From the IMG/VR virus record IMGVR_UViG_3300010354_000062, positions 1 through 64,000 of that record: a DNA stretch of 64,000 nt. One strand, 5' to 3'. The notes beneath the pieces are model-generated. The model saw only the letters and a program-made list of their open reading frames with translations, was not told the DNA's origin and did not search any database. Numbering within the stretch: the stretch's first letter is position 1; each line of letters begins with the position of its first letter. The DNA is from a virus. Shown one piece after another: positions 42,872 to 52,723 of this stretch. Both the position numbers and the translations under genes were made by a program.

Positions 42872-42894
42872 GTATGTAAGTTTAAGGATTGTTT

Positions 42895-43515
42895 ATGATT
42901 ATTGGAATTTGCGGTTGGATAGGCAGCGGCAAGGATACGGTAGCAGATTACCTAGTTAATTTTCACGAGTTTCGTAGAGAAAGTTTTGCTGGCCCGCTCA
43001 AAGATGCTGTCTCGGCTGTCTTTGGATGGGATCGTACACTATTAGAAGGACGCACTAAAGAAGCTAGAGAGTGGCGAGAACAAATAGATCCTTGGTGGGC
43101 AGAACGTTTATCTATGCCCACACTAACACCGCGTTGGGTTCTACAGTACTGGGGCACTGAAGTTTGTCGTAGGACATTTCATGACGATATCTGGATCGCT
43201 TCAATTGAAAATAAGCTAAGGTCGACTAAAGACAATGTTGTTATTAGTGACTGCCGTTTTCCTAACGAGATGACTTCAATCAAACGTGCCGGTGGAAAAA
43301 TCATATGGGTGCAGAGGGGTGAACATCCTAGTTGGTTTGAACACGCTATTCTAGCTAATCAAGGGAATAATGCAGCTCTAAACGCTATGAAATCTCTCGG
43401 TATACACGCTAGTGAATGGGCTTGGGTTGGCAGTGATTTTGATGCTATTATTCAAAACAATTCTACCATCGACGATCTGTACTCCGCGGTAGAATCATTA
43501 GTAATCGCTGATTAG
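42895..43515 (+). CDS. Deoxynucleoside monophosphate kinase (T4 gp1-like)
   Basis: IGICGWIGSGKDT P-loop, SFAGPLKD, TPRWVLQYWGTE, ISDCRFPNE, HASE. Confidence 0.92.
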   Translation: MIIGICGWIGSGKDTVADYLVNFHEFRRESFAGPLKDAVSAVFGWDRTLLEGRTKEAREWREQIDPWWAERLSMPTLTPRWVLQYWGTEVCRRTFHDDIWIASIENKLRSTKDNVVISDCRFPNEMTSIKRAGGKIIWVQRGEHPSWFEHAILANQGNNAALNAMKSLGIHASEWAWVGSDFDAIIQNNSTIDDLYSAVESLVIAD

Positions 43516-43833
43516 ATCTCCCTGTTTCCAGGTTATACCTTCTTTGCTTAGTATTTGACAGCAATTACAGCATACTGTCTTAAGATTGAGATGTCGGCAG
43601 TTATCTAAATTGCCGTCAACGTGGAACACTCTAAATACCTCTTTGTGAGGACTGCGAAATCCGCATTTATCGCAGATATTCTTTAGTTTATAACCGGCTC
43701 TATGCCAGCGCGGTATACCATGATATAAACCATGAGCTAGGCATATTTCGCATAAACTGCGATAGTATGTTTTATTACCTTTCTTATAATTTACAGCGCG
43801 GGGTCGTTGTCCGCACCTACAAAGCGGCCTCAT
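43498..43833 (-). CDS. Zn-finger HNH endonuclease-like protein
   Basis: CxC, CxxC, CDKCG, HVDGNLDN...NL..VCCNC; start reassigned to ATG 43833 (TAAATA-N5-ATG). Confidence 0.7.
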   Translation of the reverse strand: MRPLCRCGQRPRAVNYKKGNKTYYRSLCEICLAHGLYHGIPRWHRAGYKLKNICDKCGFRSPHKEVFRVFHVDGNLDNCRHLNLKTVCCNCCQILSKEGITWKQGDLISDY

Positions 43834-43900
43834 GCAAGTATTTAAACCTTTTGCATCCCTTTTCTCCTTTGCGTAACTCACCATTTTTAAAGGTAAACGC

Positions 43901-43906
43901 TAAATA
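43901..43906 (+). promoter_or_regulatory. Late promoter core TAAATA (leadered, SD aggag) for tail sheath
   Basis: 33 nt upstream of ATG 43940. Confidence 0.65.
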
Positions 43907-43939
43907 TTACTACATTGATTTGAACCAGGAGAATATCCA

Positions 43940-46900
43940 ATGGCACTAATTTCACCAGGAGTCGAGGTTACCGTAATTGATGAGAGTTTTTATACACCAG
44001 CTGAACCTGGTACAGTACCTCTCGTAGTTGTAGCCACCGCAGAGAATAAACTAAATGGAGCAGGCACAGCCGTTGCTTCAGGAACACTCGAGTCTAACGT
44101 AGGACGAGTATTTAAAGTAACAAGCCAACGTGAGCTTGTTGAACTATTTGGAGCGCCTTTCTTTGAAAAGACTGCAAGCGGAAGTCCAGTACACGGCGGA
44201 GAACGCAACGAGTACGGTCTACTAGCTGCTTACAGTTTACTAGGTGTTTCAAACGCAGCATTTATTTTACGTGCTGGCGTTAACTTAAATGAGTTAGAAG
44301 GACAAACAGACACCCCGGGAGCAACACCAGATGATGGTCAATGGTGGTTTGACACACGTTCTACCACATGGGGCATCAACGAATGGAACGGTGCAGCCAT
44401 TGCTGACGGTGGACAAAAGTTCACAGCTAAAACTCCATTGGTTCTAACTGACGACGATGTTGATAACATTGGCACGGCCGATGCTTATTTTGGTACACTT
44501 GGTGGTGCACCAAAAGCTGCCGTTGGTACTATCGGTGATTATTGTGTAGTATGGCAGACTGTGCTTGAAAGTGGAACATATTCAGCAAGTAAAGAACTAG
44601 CAAGACTGTGGTACAAGAGTGCAGGTAATTCTGCACTAGGTATTTCTGCAGGTGCTTGGGTATTAGTTGGCTCACCAGAATGGGCAGCAAGTCATCCAAC
44701 AGCATATAGTACCGCTGCAATTACAGGTAGTTTAACAGCTGGACACCAATTTACAATTAATGGTACAACTATTACAGCGGCCGCTACAGTAGCAGGTACT
44801 GTAAGTAACATTAACACAGCAATGAATGGCAGCGGAATTACTGCTGTATTCAAGAACAGTCGTGTTTATATCTATAGTGACGGCACATCAACCGCAGAAG
44901 GTGGTGACTCAACTACTGTAGCAGGCGGCACCGGTGGTGTAGTTCTAGCTAATGTAGGACCTAACACCCCATTGGCAACATTGCAAATAACTGCTGGAAC
45001 TTATATGGCTCCTGCACTTGCTCAACAACCACATACAAGCGTTCCACTATTTAGAAGATCAGATTTTGGAACTACTGTAAATGGTCGCCCAACAGGTTCA
45101 CTATGGTTAAAGACCACAGAACCAAACAACGGAGCACGCATCCGTTTGAAGAAGTATAACGCTTCAACATCAGCATGGGTAGCACAAGATGCTCCTTTGT
45201 ACGCTAACCCACACGCTGCTCTATATTACTTAGATCGCAGTGGTGGCGGCAGCAACCTAGGTGCTAATGTTACTTTTGTGCAGACAAATGCACTAGAACA
45301 TGTTGGTTCTTACGATGCAACAACAGGTGCATTGAATGGTTTTGATGCTCCAGACGAAACAACAGCCAGCGCAGTTTATCGTGCATGGATTCGTGCAAGT
45401 GGTGCTGAAACAACAATCACATCTAAGGTAGTTGGATCTGGAACACTAGCAGCAGGTTCAAGTCGTAGTTTTACAATTAAACAGTCTATCACAGGTGATT
45501 TGAGTTTAAGTGCTGCTGCAACAGTAACATTCAACACCGCAGGTACAGCTGACGATGCATTTACAATTGCTGCGGCAATTAATGCTTTAGAATTCGTTGA
45601 CAGTAACGGCGATGCAATTACAAACAACGTAGTAGCAAGTGTTTCTGCTAGTAACGAATTAATTATCAAGCACAAAACAGCAGGCGACATTAGACTACAT
45701 CCTGGTAGCGGATTAAATGTTATCGGTACATTGTTCACAGTATTTGATCTTGAAGATGGTACTGGAACAGCTAATTTCTATGCGCTAACACCTACAGCAG
45801 ATGCCACATACGGTATTACAGAAGGTGCAGTTGATGATTATCTAGTAAGTCTATGGAAACCAATGGCCAATATTGGGTTTGATGCAGTAGGCAACGAGCC
45901 ATTGAACGAGCCAGCAGACGGTCAATTGTGGTACAATCCAAGTTTTGGCGATGTTGATATTATGATCCACAACGGCACAACATGGGTTGGTTACTTAGAT
46001 TCAACTAGTCCATTCTATAGTGCTACAGCTTCATTGAAGACAGACCCAGCAGGACCAATCGTAAGTGCTACAATGCCAGAAACACAGAGTGATTATACAC
46101 CGCTGGTAAATGGCGATCTATGGATTAGCACAGCTGATCTAGAAAACTTCCCAACAATCTACAAGTTTAATCCAGATGTAGGTACAACTCTAGCAGCACG
46201 TTGGGTATTGTTAGACAAGACTGATCAGACCAGCGAAGATGGCGTATTGTTTGCTGACGCTCGTGCAGGCACAAGCGGCGGTACAGCAACACAGGCTCCT
46301 AGCGGTAGTATTGCTGAACTATTGAGCAGCAACTTCCTAGACTTTGATGCCCCAGATCCAGATCTATATCCAAAAGGCATGCTGCTATGGAACACTCGTG
46401 TAAGCGGCGGCAATGTTAAGAAATATAACAATAACTATGTTGACCTAACAGCAGATAACCCACGTATGGGCGATGTTTCAATGGGCTCATACTGGCCAGA
46501 TCGTTGGACTACAGCAAGTCCAAACAACGAGGACGGTTCAGGTAGCTTTGGTCGTAAGGCACAGCGTTCTTGCGTAGTAGCTGCTCTAAAGAGTGTAGTT
46601 GATACCAGCTTAGAAGTACGTGACGAAGAACGTCGTAACTTTAACTTGATCAGCTGCCCTGGTTACCCAGAGTTGTTAAGCAACTTAATTAACCTCAACT
46701 TAGATCGCAGAGTAACTGCATTCGTAGTTGGTGATACACCTCTACGTCTACAAGCAGATGCAACAAGCCTGACAAACTGGGGTACAAATGCTAACCTAGC
46801 ATTTGACAACGGTGATGACGGTATTGTTACCTATGACGAGTACGCTGCGGTATGGTATCCAAACGGATTTACCACTGACCTAAGCGGTACAAACGCAGTA

Positions 46901-47485
46901 GTTCCTGCAAGTCATATGATGCTTAGAACAATTGCTCTAAGCGACCAGGTAAGTTATCCATGGTTTGCACCAGCAGGTACACGTCGTGGTGGTATTACTA
47001 ACGCAACAAGTGTAGGTTATATTGACTCAGCAACAGGCGAATTTAACGTAGTTGCTCTAAACAACGGTCAGCGTGACACACTTTATGATCTAAAAGTTAA
47101 CCCAATTCCATTCTTTGTTGGTGTTGGACTAGTTGCTTATGGTCAAAAGACTCGTGCTAGAAATGCTAGTGCGTTAGATAGAATCAACGTAGCTCGTCTA
47201 GTTGTATATCTACGTAACCAACTAACAAAACTAGCTCGTCCATATGTGTTTGAACCAAACGATCAAATCACACGTGACGAAATCAAACAAGCAGTTGAGA
47301 GCTTATTACTAGAACTAGTAGGTCTAAGAGCTATCTATGACTTTGCTGTGGTCTGTGATGAGAGCAATAACACACCAGCTAGAATTGACCGCAATGAACT
47401 TTATGTAGACGTTGCAATTGAACCAACTAAGGCAGTTGAATTCATCTACATTCCATTGCGTCTCAAGAATACCGGTGAAATTTAA
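43940..47485 (+). CDS. gp18: Tail sheath protein (T4 gp18-like), 1181 aa with large insertions
   Basis: ISPGVEVTVIDES, PWFAPAGTRRG, GQKT, ALDRINVARL, VFEPND, CDESNNTP, AVEFIYI. Confidence 0.95.
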   Translation: MALISPGVEVTVIDESFYTPAEPGTVPLVVVATAENKLNGAGTAVASGTLESNVGRVFKVTSQRELVELFGAPFFEKTASGSPVHGGERNEYGLLAAYSLLGVSNAAFILRAGVNLNELEGQTDTPGATPDDGQWWFDTRSTTWGINEWNGAAIADGGQKFTAKTPLVLTDDDVDNIGTADAYFGTLGGAPKAAVGTIGDYCVVWQTVLESGTYSASKELARLWYKSAGNSALGISAGAWVLVGSPEWAASHPTAYSTAAITGSLTAGHQFTINGTTITAAATVAGTVSNINTAMNGSGITAVFKNSRVYIYSDGTSTAEGGDSTTVAGGTGGVVLANVGPNTPLATLQITAGTYMAPALAQQPHTSVPLFRRSDFGTTVNGRPTGSLWLKTTEPNNGARIRLKKYNASTSAWVAQDAPLYANPHAALYYLDRSGGGSNLGANVTFVQTNALEHVGSYDATTGALNGFDAPDETTASAVYRAWIRASGAETTITSKVVGSGTLAAGSSRSFTIKQSITGDLSLSAAATVTFNTAGTADDAFTIAAAINALEFVDSNGDAITNNVVASVSASNELIIKHKTAGDIRLHPGSGLNVIGTLFTVFDLEDGTGTANFYALTPTADATYGITEGAVDDYLVSLWKPMANIGFDAVGNEPLNEPADGQLWYNPSFGDVDIMIHNGTTWVGYLDSTSPFYSATASLKTDPAGPIVSATMPETQSDYTPLVNGDLWISTADLENFPTIYKFNPDVGTTLAARWVLLDKTDQTSEDGVLFADARAGTSGGTATQAPSGSIAELLSSNFLDFDAPDPDLYPKGMLLWNTRVSGGNVKKYNNNYVDLTADNPRMGDVSMGSYWPDRWTTASPNNEDGSGSFGRKAQRSCVVAALKSVVDTSLEVRDEERRNFNLISCPGYPELLSNLINLNLDRRVTAFVVGDTPLRLQADATSLTNWGTNANLAFDNGDDGIVTYDEYAAVWYPNGFTTDLSGTNAVVPASHMMLRTIALSDQVSYPWFAPAGTRRGGITNATSVGYIDSATGEFNVVALNNGQRDTLYDLKVNPIPFFVGVGLVAYGQKTRARNASALDRINVARLVVYLRNQLTKLARPYVFEPNDQITRDEIKQAVESLLLELVGLRAIYDFAVVCDESNNTPARIDRNELYVDVAIEPTKAVEFIYIPLRLKNTGEI

Positions 47486-47489
47486 TTGA

Positions 47490-47495
47490 TAAATA
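47490..47495 (+). promoter_or_regulatory. Late promoter core TAAATA (leadered, SD ggag) for tail tube
   Basis: gataaatactttatcggagtagagatatg. Confidence 0.65.
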
Positions 47496-47513
47496 CTTTA
47501 TCGGAGTAGAGAT

Positions 47514-48155
47514 ATGCCAATCACAACACTAACAAATCACAGTATTAACCCAGCTGGTGCAGGCACTAACACTGGTATGTTAATGCCTAAGCTAAAGTAC
47601 CGCTTCCGTGTAACACTACTAGGATTTGGTACAGAGGCTAGCACAGAACTAACCAAGCAGGTTATTGATGTAACAAGACCAAAGGTTAGCTTTGAAGAGA
47701 TTCCAATTGAAATCTACAATTCAAAGATCAAACTAGCTGGCAAGTATACTTGGGAAAACATTACTCTTAATATCAGAGATGATGTCAGCAGCAATGTTAT
47801 CAAACTTGTTGGTCAGCATATTCAGAAGCAATTTGACTTCCATGAGCAGGCAAGTGCTCGCGCTGGTGTAGACTATAAGTTTACCACACGTATTGAAGTA
47901 TTAGACGGTGGCAACGGTGCAGCTAATCCTGTAGTACTAGAAACTTGGCAGCTATATGGTTGCTTCCTACAGAATACTGACTACGGTGACCTAAACTATG
48001 CTACAAACGAACCAGCAACAGTGGCATTAACTATCGTCTACGATAGCGCAGATAATAGTCCAGACGCAGTTGGTATTGAGGGTATTGGTACCGCAGGCGT
48101 AACAAGACCAACAGCAGTTGATGCTCTATCAGTAGGTTCATCTGGTATCGCTTAA
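47514..48155 (+). CDS. gp19: Tail tube protein (T4 gp19-like)
   Basis: PKLKYRFRV, LAGKYTWENITL, WQLYGCF; follows sheath gene. Confidence 0.88.
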   Translation: MPITTLTNHSINPAGAGTNTGMLMPKLKYRFRVTLLGFGTEASTELTKQVIDVTRPKVSFEEIPIEIYNSKIKLAGKYTWENITLNIRDDVSSNVIKLVGQHIQKQFDFHEQASARAGVDYKFTTRIEVLDGGNGAANPVVLETWQLYGCFLQNTDYGDLNYATNEPATVALTIVYDSADNSPDAVGIEGIGTAGVTRPTAVDALSVGSSGIA

Positions 48156-48174
48156 GATACTTTATAAAAAATAA

Positions 48175-48203
48175 AAGAACCCGGATTTATTCCGGGTTTT
48201 TTT
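48175..48203 (+). terminator. Rho-independent terminator
   Basis: aacccgga-tttat-tccgggtt followed by T-run. Confidence 0.85.
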
Positions 48204-48219
48204 ATGACTAAATATTTGT

Positions 48220-49302
48220 ATGGCCAATAAATTTACCAGATTCATTAATAACGTTGCCAAAGGTCCCAAAGGCGTTGTTTCTAATTTCAAACATGCTGAA
48301 CGAATTTTTGTTGACAATTATTATAGACTAGCACCACGAACAAGATTTCTTTATTACATTGTTCTACGAGGAGCAGATCAAGAAATCAGCCTACTGGTAA
48401 AAACAGCAGAGCTGCCAAAATATAGTTTTGATTCTGTAACTAAGAATGCCTATAACAGAACAAAACATGTTTATAAAAAGATGAATTATGATTCTGTTAA
48501 CTTTACCTTTCACGATGACAATCAAGGTCTAGTTAATAAAATGTGGACTGAGTATTATAGCTATTATAACGACGATCAAGGCGGAACACAGTTATCACAT
48601 CCTGTGAGCCTAGTGAATTTCAATTCAAGTTATGGTATGGGTTTTGCCTTACGAGAAAATTATTTTAAGAAAATTTCTCTCTACACATTAAGTCGTCAAC
48701 GTTTTTTAGGCTATGAATTCTTAGCACCAAGAATTAAAACATGGACGCACAGTCAATTAGATTATAACAGCAACGAACCTGCTGAAAATTCAATGACCAT
48801 AGACTACGAAGGTGTAGTCTACAGCTCCGGAAGTGTCAGTTACGGTAGTCCTGACGGATTTGCCAGCCTAAGTTATGATGTTGTGCCAAGTCCAAACGTT
48901 CTTGGTGGAAACATAGGACTTGGTGGTGTACTTGGAGGAGTAGGTGACGTATTGGGTGGTATTGAATCTGTGTTTGGTGACATCACAAAGAAAAATATCA
49001 AGAAACGTCCAGGTGCATTTATCGCCGCTGCTATTGGTTCTGTAAATCAATATGCCAGAACTAATCCAGGAGCAGGCCAAAATTTCAAAGGTATTGCAGG
49101 AGAGCTAGCAAGCCCAAGTAATCAAATTGGATTTGCAAATGTCATCGGTGGTGTAATTGGCACACAATTTCCTAAAGTTGGAAGCGGCTTAGGCAGAGCT
49201 ATAGGTGCTGTTGCAGTAAGTAAATTGTTGCAGCCGTCGCCCACAGCTAACACATTCCCTCAGTCATCTGGTAATAATAGTAGACCTAAAACAGGACCAT
49301 GA
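48220..49302 (+). CDS. Tube-fold baseplate/tail-tube initiator (gp48/gp54-like)
   Basis: LVKTAELPKY...YNR...YDSVNFTFHDD...MTIDYE tube-like pattern; TAAATA-N5-ATG. Confidence 0.55.
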   Translation: MANKFTRFINNVAKGPKGVVSNFKHAERIFVDNYYRLAPRTRFLYYIVLRGADQEISLLVKTAELPKYSFDSVTKNAYNRTKHVYKKMNYDSVNFTFHDDNQGLVNKMWTEYYSYYNDDQGGTQLSHPVSLVNFNSSYGMGFALRENYFKKISLYTLSRQRFLGYEFLAPRIKTWTHSQLDYNSNEPAENSMTIDYEGVVYSSGSVSYGSPDGFASLSYDVVPSPNVLGGNIGLGGVLGGVGDVLGGIESVFGDITKKNIKKRPGAFIAAAIGSVNQYARTNPGAGQNFKGIAGELASPSNQIGFANVIGGVIGTQFPKVGSGLGRAIGAVAVSKLLQPSPTANTFPQSSGNNSRPKTGP

Positions 49303-49679
49303 GCAATACACCAGTTATAAATTTACCACCAGTTGATAAGATAGATAGTGCAGCTGGAACAAAACTGTTTTTTGATAGTTACGGCCAACAGCCGTTGGAA
49401 TTTTCAGCCAACGAAGTAAATGCTACTATAGGTTTCTTCTTATCTAAAGGTTTTGAAGACGACGCCGCCAAAGTAACAGCGGCCACACTTCTGCGTCAGG
49501 CTAAGATTGACGGGGTGAAAATTTTTGAAATACTAGATCAATTCAAAGAATTTGAAGGGCTAGAATTAAGTTCAGTGATAGCTCAAATTTTAAATAGATA
49601 TAGGTTAAACACTTCTACACTGGGCTATAGAGCAGTAACAGTAGCCAAACCAAATCAAACAAGAAACATTCTACCATAA
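49299..49679 (+). CDS. Hypothetical protein
   Basis: Overlapping start/stop with both neighbours. Confidence 0.65.
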   Translation: MSNTPVINLPPVDKIDSAAGTKLFFDSYGQQPLEFSANEVNATIGFFLSKGFEDDAAKVTAATLLRQAKIDGVKIFEILDQFKEFEGLELSSVIAQILNRYRLNTSTLGYRAVTVAKPNQTRNILP

Positions 49680-50119
49680 TGGCAAAGTTTGCGCAGGGTC
49701 GTTTTGAAATGAAAAACCCTAGCAAATACGTAGGGAAAAAAACTCCCTTAGCTCGTAGTTCATGGGAATTTGTTTTCATGAGAATGCTAGATGAACATCC
49801 AGGCGTACAAAATTGGGCTAGCGAAAGTATTCAGATTCCCTATAGAGATCCGTTAACAGGGCGTAATACAATTTATGTACCTGATTTTTTTATTGTTTAC
49901 GTTGATAAAAATCAAGGCAAACATGCTGAAGTTGTTGAAGTCAAACCAGCTAGTCAAACTCTACGTGAAGCTGTTGGTAAAAGCCGTTACAATCAAGAAC
50001 AATATGTAAAAAATATGGCTAAGTGGGAAGCCGCCAATGCATGGTGTAAACAGCAGGGCATTAAGTTTCGTGTTGTAAACGAGTCAGACATTTTCCATAC
50101 TGGCTCAAAGCGTAGATAA
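49679..50119 (+). CDS. gp4: Head completion nuclease (T4 gp4-like, TnsA-type)
   Basis: NPSKYVG, RSSWE, WASE, YVPDF, EVKP, KWEAA. Confidence 0.9.
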   Translation: MAKFAQGRFEMKNPSKYVGKKTPLARSSWEFVFMRMLDEHPGVQNWASESIQIPYRDPLTGRNTIYVPDFFIVYVDKNQGKHAEVVEVKPASQTLREAVGKSRYNQEQYVKNMAKWEAANAWCKQQGIKFRVVNESDIFHTGSKRR

Positions 50120-50127
50120 GTATTTTG

Positions 50128-50760
50128 ATGTTTACTGTTGAAAAGAAAATGTTAGGAGCAGATCCTTTATTGGAAGGTTTATTGCTGCCAGATAACATAG
50201 AAGAAATTTACGCAGAAATAATTCAACGAAGGAATGAAATATATCCAAATTGTTTCAGCGTGGATAATGACAGTGATTACGACTATATAACTACAGATTG
50301 GTATACATATCATGATTATGTCTGTGTTGAGAAGTTTCCAAAATTAAAATTTATTTTTCCTTATATTGCACAGAGTCTAGCACTTATGGGCGATGATTAT
50401 AAAGATTATTATTTCAAAAGCTGGATAAACATTTGGCCTCAGGGACAAAGTATTGGCCTGCATACACATTACGGTGTATGGCATGGATATTTTGTAATTA
50501 AAGATACAGAAACAACTACTTACTATTGGCCTAAAGGAGCAGTTGAGCCAATACCATTCAAAAATTGTGATGGACACTATATGTTTATGTCAGCTAAAAT
50601 TCCGCACATGGCGCAGACCAATCCTGATACAAAATTACGAGTAAGCATGGGTTTTAATATATCAGATTGGAATGAAGTTCTAAGAGAAGAAAAAAATAAC
50701 GCTCACGGTAGAGGGCCTAAAATACGTAATGTAATAGTTCCACTAAAGGAATATCTATGA
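50128..50760 (+). CDS. Putative Fe(II)/2OG oxygenase-like protein (HxH)
   Basis: SWINIW, LHTH, GYF, PHMA, RVSMGFN; TAAGTA-N5-ATG(50128). Confidence 0.6.
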   Translation: MFTVEKKMLGADPLLEGLLLPDNIEEIYAEIIQRRNEIYPNCFSVDNDSDYDYITTDWYTYHDYVCVEKFPKLKFIFPYIAQSLALMGDDYKDYYFKSWINIWPQGQSIGLHTHYGVWHGYFVIKDTETTTYYWPKGAVEPIPFKNCDGHYMFMSAKIPHMAQTNPDTKLRVSMGFNISDWNEVLREEKNNAHGRGPKIRNVIVPLKEYL

Positions 50761-51245
50761 CTAAAAAACTTGAAGAATTGTTTAATTTAGAAGACCGTGA
50801 GAAAAACACAGTACCTAAAGAAATAAATGAAGAAATAGTAGAAAAAGCTAGAGAGGTAAAATCTATTAACGAAAGCCTTGCTGCTGCTAATCAAATAGCG
50901 CAGGGTTTACCGCAGATCAATGAACTTAATGATCTAAATGATCAAGAGTTAGATGAACTAGCAGACAAAGCAGAAAAAGCCTACGACGACTTAATGGATC
51001 TAGGTATGAATGTAGAAGTAAGGTACAGCGGGCGTATTTTTGAAGTAGCTGCAAGTATGATGGGCCATGCAATAACAGCTAAATCTAATAAGATTGAAAA
51101 AAAACTCAAAGCCATTGATCTACAGTTAAAGAAGTTAAAAATTGACAATGATTCTGGCGCAGATCCTAATAATGTTATAAATGGACAGGGCTACGTTATT
51201 ACAGATCGCAATGAGCTGATTAAAAAACTTGGTGGAAAAGCATAA
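50757..51245 (+). CDS. Putative terminase small subunit (gp16-like)
   Basis: Helical; GRIFEVA resembles the R.YEVA core of T4-like TerS; near TerL. Confidence 0.5.
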   Translation: MTKKLEELFNLEDREKNTVPKEINEEIVEKAREVKSINESLAAANQIAQGLPQINELNDLNDQELDELADKAEKAYDDLMDLGMNVEVRYSGRIFEVAASMMGHAITAKSNKIEKKLKAIDLQLKKLKIDNDSGADPNNVINGQGYVITDRNELIKKLGGKA

Positions 51246-51253
51246 ATATAGCT

Positions 51254-51826
51254 ATGAAGACTCTAAAAGAATATCTCGCCGAAAGCAAAAAGAACTTTAG
51301 CTTTAAGGTTAAAGTTGCAGGAGATCTACCTGAAGCATTTCAGGAAAATCTAAAACAAACATTGGAAAGATGTAAGGTCCTTAAACTTGAAAAAACTCAT
51401 ACAACAGCTATTCAAGCTCTGCCTTTAGACTTTCCAACATTGAAGAACGTAGAAGTTCATGTGTTTGAAGTTCTATGTGAATATCCTATTACAGCACCAG
51501 AGATTGCCAATGATATAAAATCTATGGGTGTTAGAGAAGAATGTTTCAGAGTGAGAGGCAGTGGTGAACCTACTGAAATTGAACAGGCAACAATGGGTGA
51601 AATACTGAATCCCGATGGCTTGTTAAATGATCGTGCATATAAAGAGTCAACTAACGCTAAACACAAAGATTATTTTGGCGATGATTTTAATAAGTCATTT
51701 TTAAAAGATCTAGAAAAATCAGCAAAACAAAAAAAGAAAGATCAAACCGGGCCAACTGAATACAAGCTGCCCAAGGCCAAAGAAGATAAATTGGGTCTTA
51801 AAAGCGCCGTGGGGAGTACAAAATGA
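51254..51826 (+). CDS. Putative internal head protein
   Basis: N-terminus MKTLKEYLAE resembles the T4 capsid-targeting sequence; TAAATA-N5-ATG. Confidence 0.55.
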   Translation: MKTLKEYLAESKKNFSFKVKVAGDLPEAFQENLKQTLERCKVLKLEKTHTTAIQALPLDFPTLKNVEVHVFEVLCEYPITAPEIANDIKSMGVREECFRVRGSGEPTEIEQATMGEILNPDGLLNDRAYKESTNAKHKDYFGDDFNKSFLKDLEKSAKQKKKDQTGPTEYKLPKAKEDKLGLKSAVGSTK

Positions 51827-52713
51827 ATTTCAAAGATCTATTAACTAGAATGCAACAGTTAGATGCCCCTGCTACTCCGGTAGCAGAAAAGGCCGTAGGT
51901 GAATGCGGTGATACAATGCCAGGACCAAGTCCAATGATGCCAAAACCAGATACACCACCGCCAAGTCTAAGCATTAATATGAATGCACAAGGCATGGATG
52001 ATATTGCAGACATTATGAAATTAATTGCCAAAGTCAATCCCGATATGGAGAAACCAATGTCGCCTCCTATGCCAGGTATGGGCATTGATCCTATCAGTGT
52101 AACAGCAGTTAAACCACTTGCTCCTTCACTTCCTCCTTTAAATATGTTACCAGATTTAGACAGTGAACCACATTCTGAACCTGATGCAGACAACATGGGC
52201 GGTCCAAGCGATATGGATGCTGACAATATGCCCAATGGTATGGACGGCGTAAGCAAGGCACAGGGAGATCAGGACAACGACGGCGACCATGACATGGATG
52301 ATCATGACATTGAACCAAAAGATGACGATAAGGGCGATGACACAGACGATGAGAAAAAAGAATGGGCCAATGATCCTGATCCAGAATTGCAAGACACTGA
52401 CTTTATGGTAAACAAGCTAGCCGGTGGATTGAATAAGCCTAAACAAATGACACCGCATGGATACAAACAAGGAGATAATCCTTTGGCTATGACTAAAGAA
52501 TCTCTAAGACAAAGTATTAAAACTGAGCTAGCACAAAGATTAGAAGAAGCTAAGAAAAGTTATAGTGCTAAAGCTGCCCGTGCAGGTAAAGACATTGGCA
52601 AACCAGGAAAACAATTTTCAAAAATTGCTAAAGATGCAGGCGAACGATATGGTTCTAAAGAGCGAGGCGAAAAAGTTGCTGGCGCTGTCTTAGCTAAATT
52701 ACGTAACAAATAA
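51823..52713 (+). CDS. Low-complexity acidic/basic protein, putative prohead core or internal protein
   Basis: Met/Pro-rich, then Asp-rich, then LEE|A followed by a Lys-rich tail. Confidence 0.5.
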   Translation: MNFKDLLTRMQQLDAPATPVAEKAVGECGDTMPGPSPMMPKPDTPPPSLSINMNAQGMDDIADIMKLIAKVNPDMEKPMSPPMPGMGIDPISVTAVKPLAPSLPPLNMLPDLDSEPHSEPDADNMGGPSDMDADNMPNGMDGVSKAQGDQDNDGDHDMDDHDIEPKDDDKGDDTDDEKKEWANDPDPELQDTDFMVNKLAGGLNKPKQMTPHGYKQGDNPLAMTKESLRQSIKTELAQRLEEAKKSYSAKAARAGKDIGKPGKQFSKIAKDAGERYGSKERGEKVAGAVLAKLRNK

Positions 52714-52723
52714 GGAGATTTAG

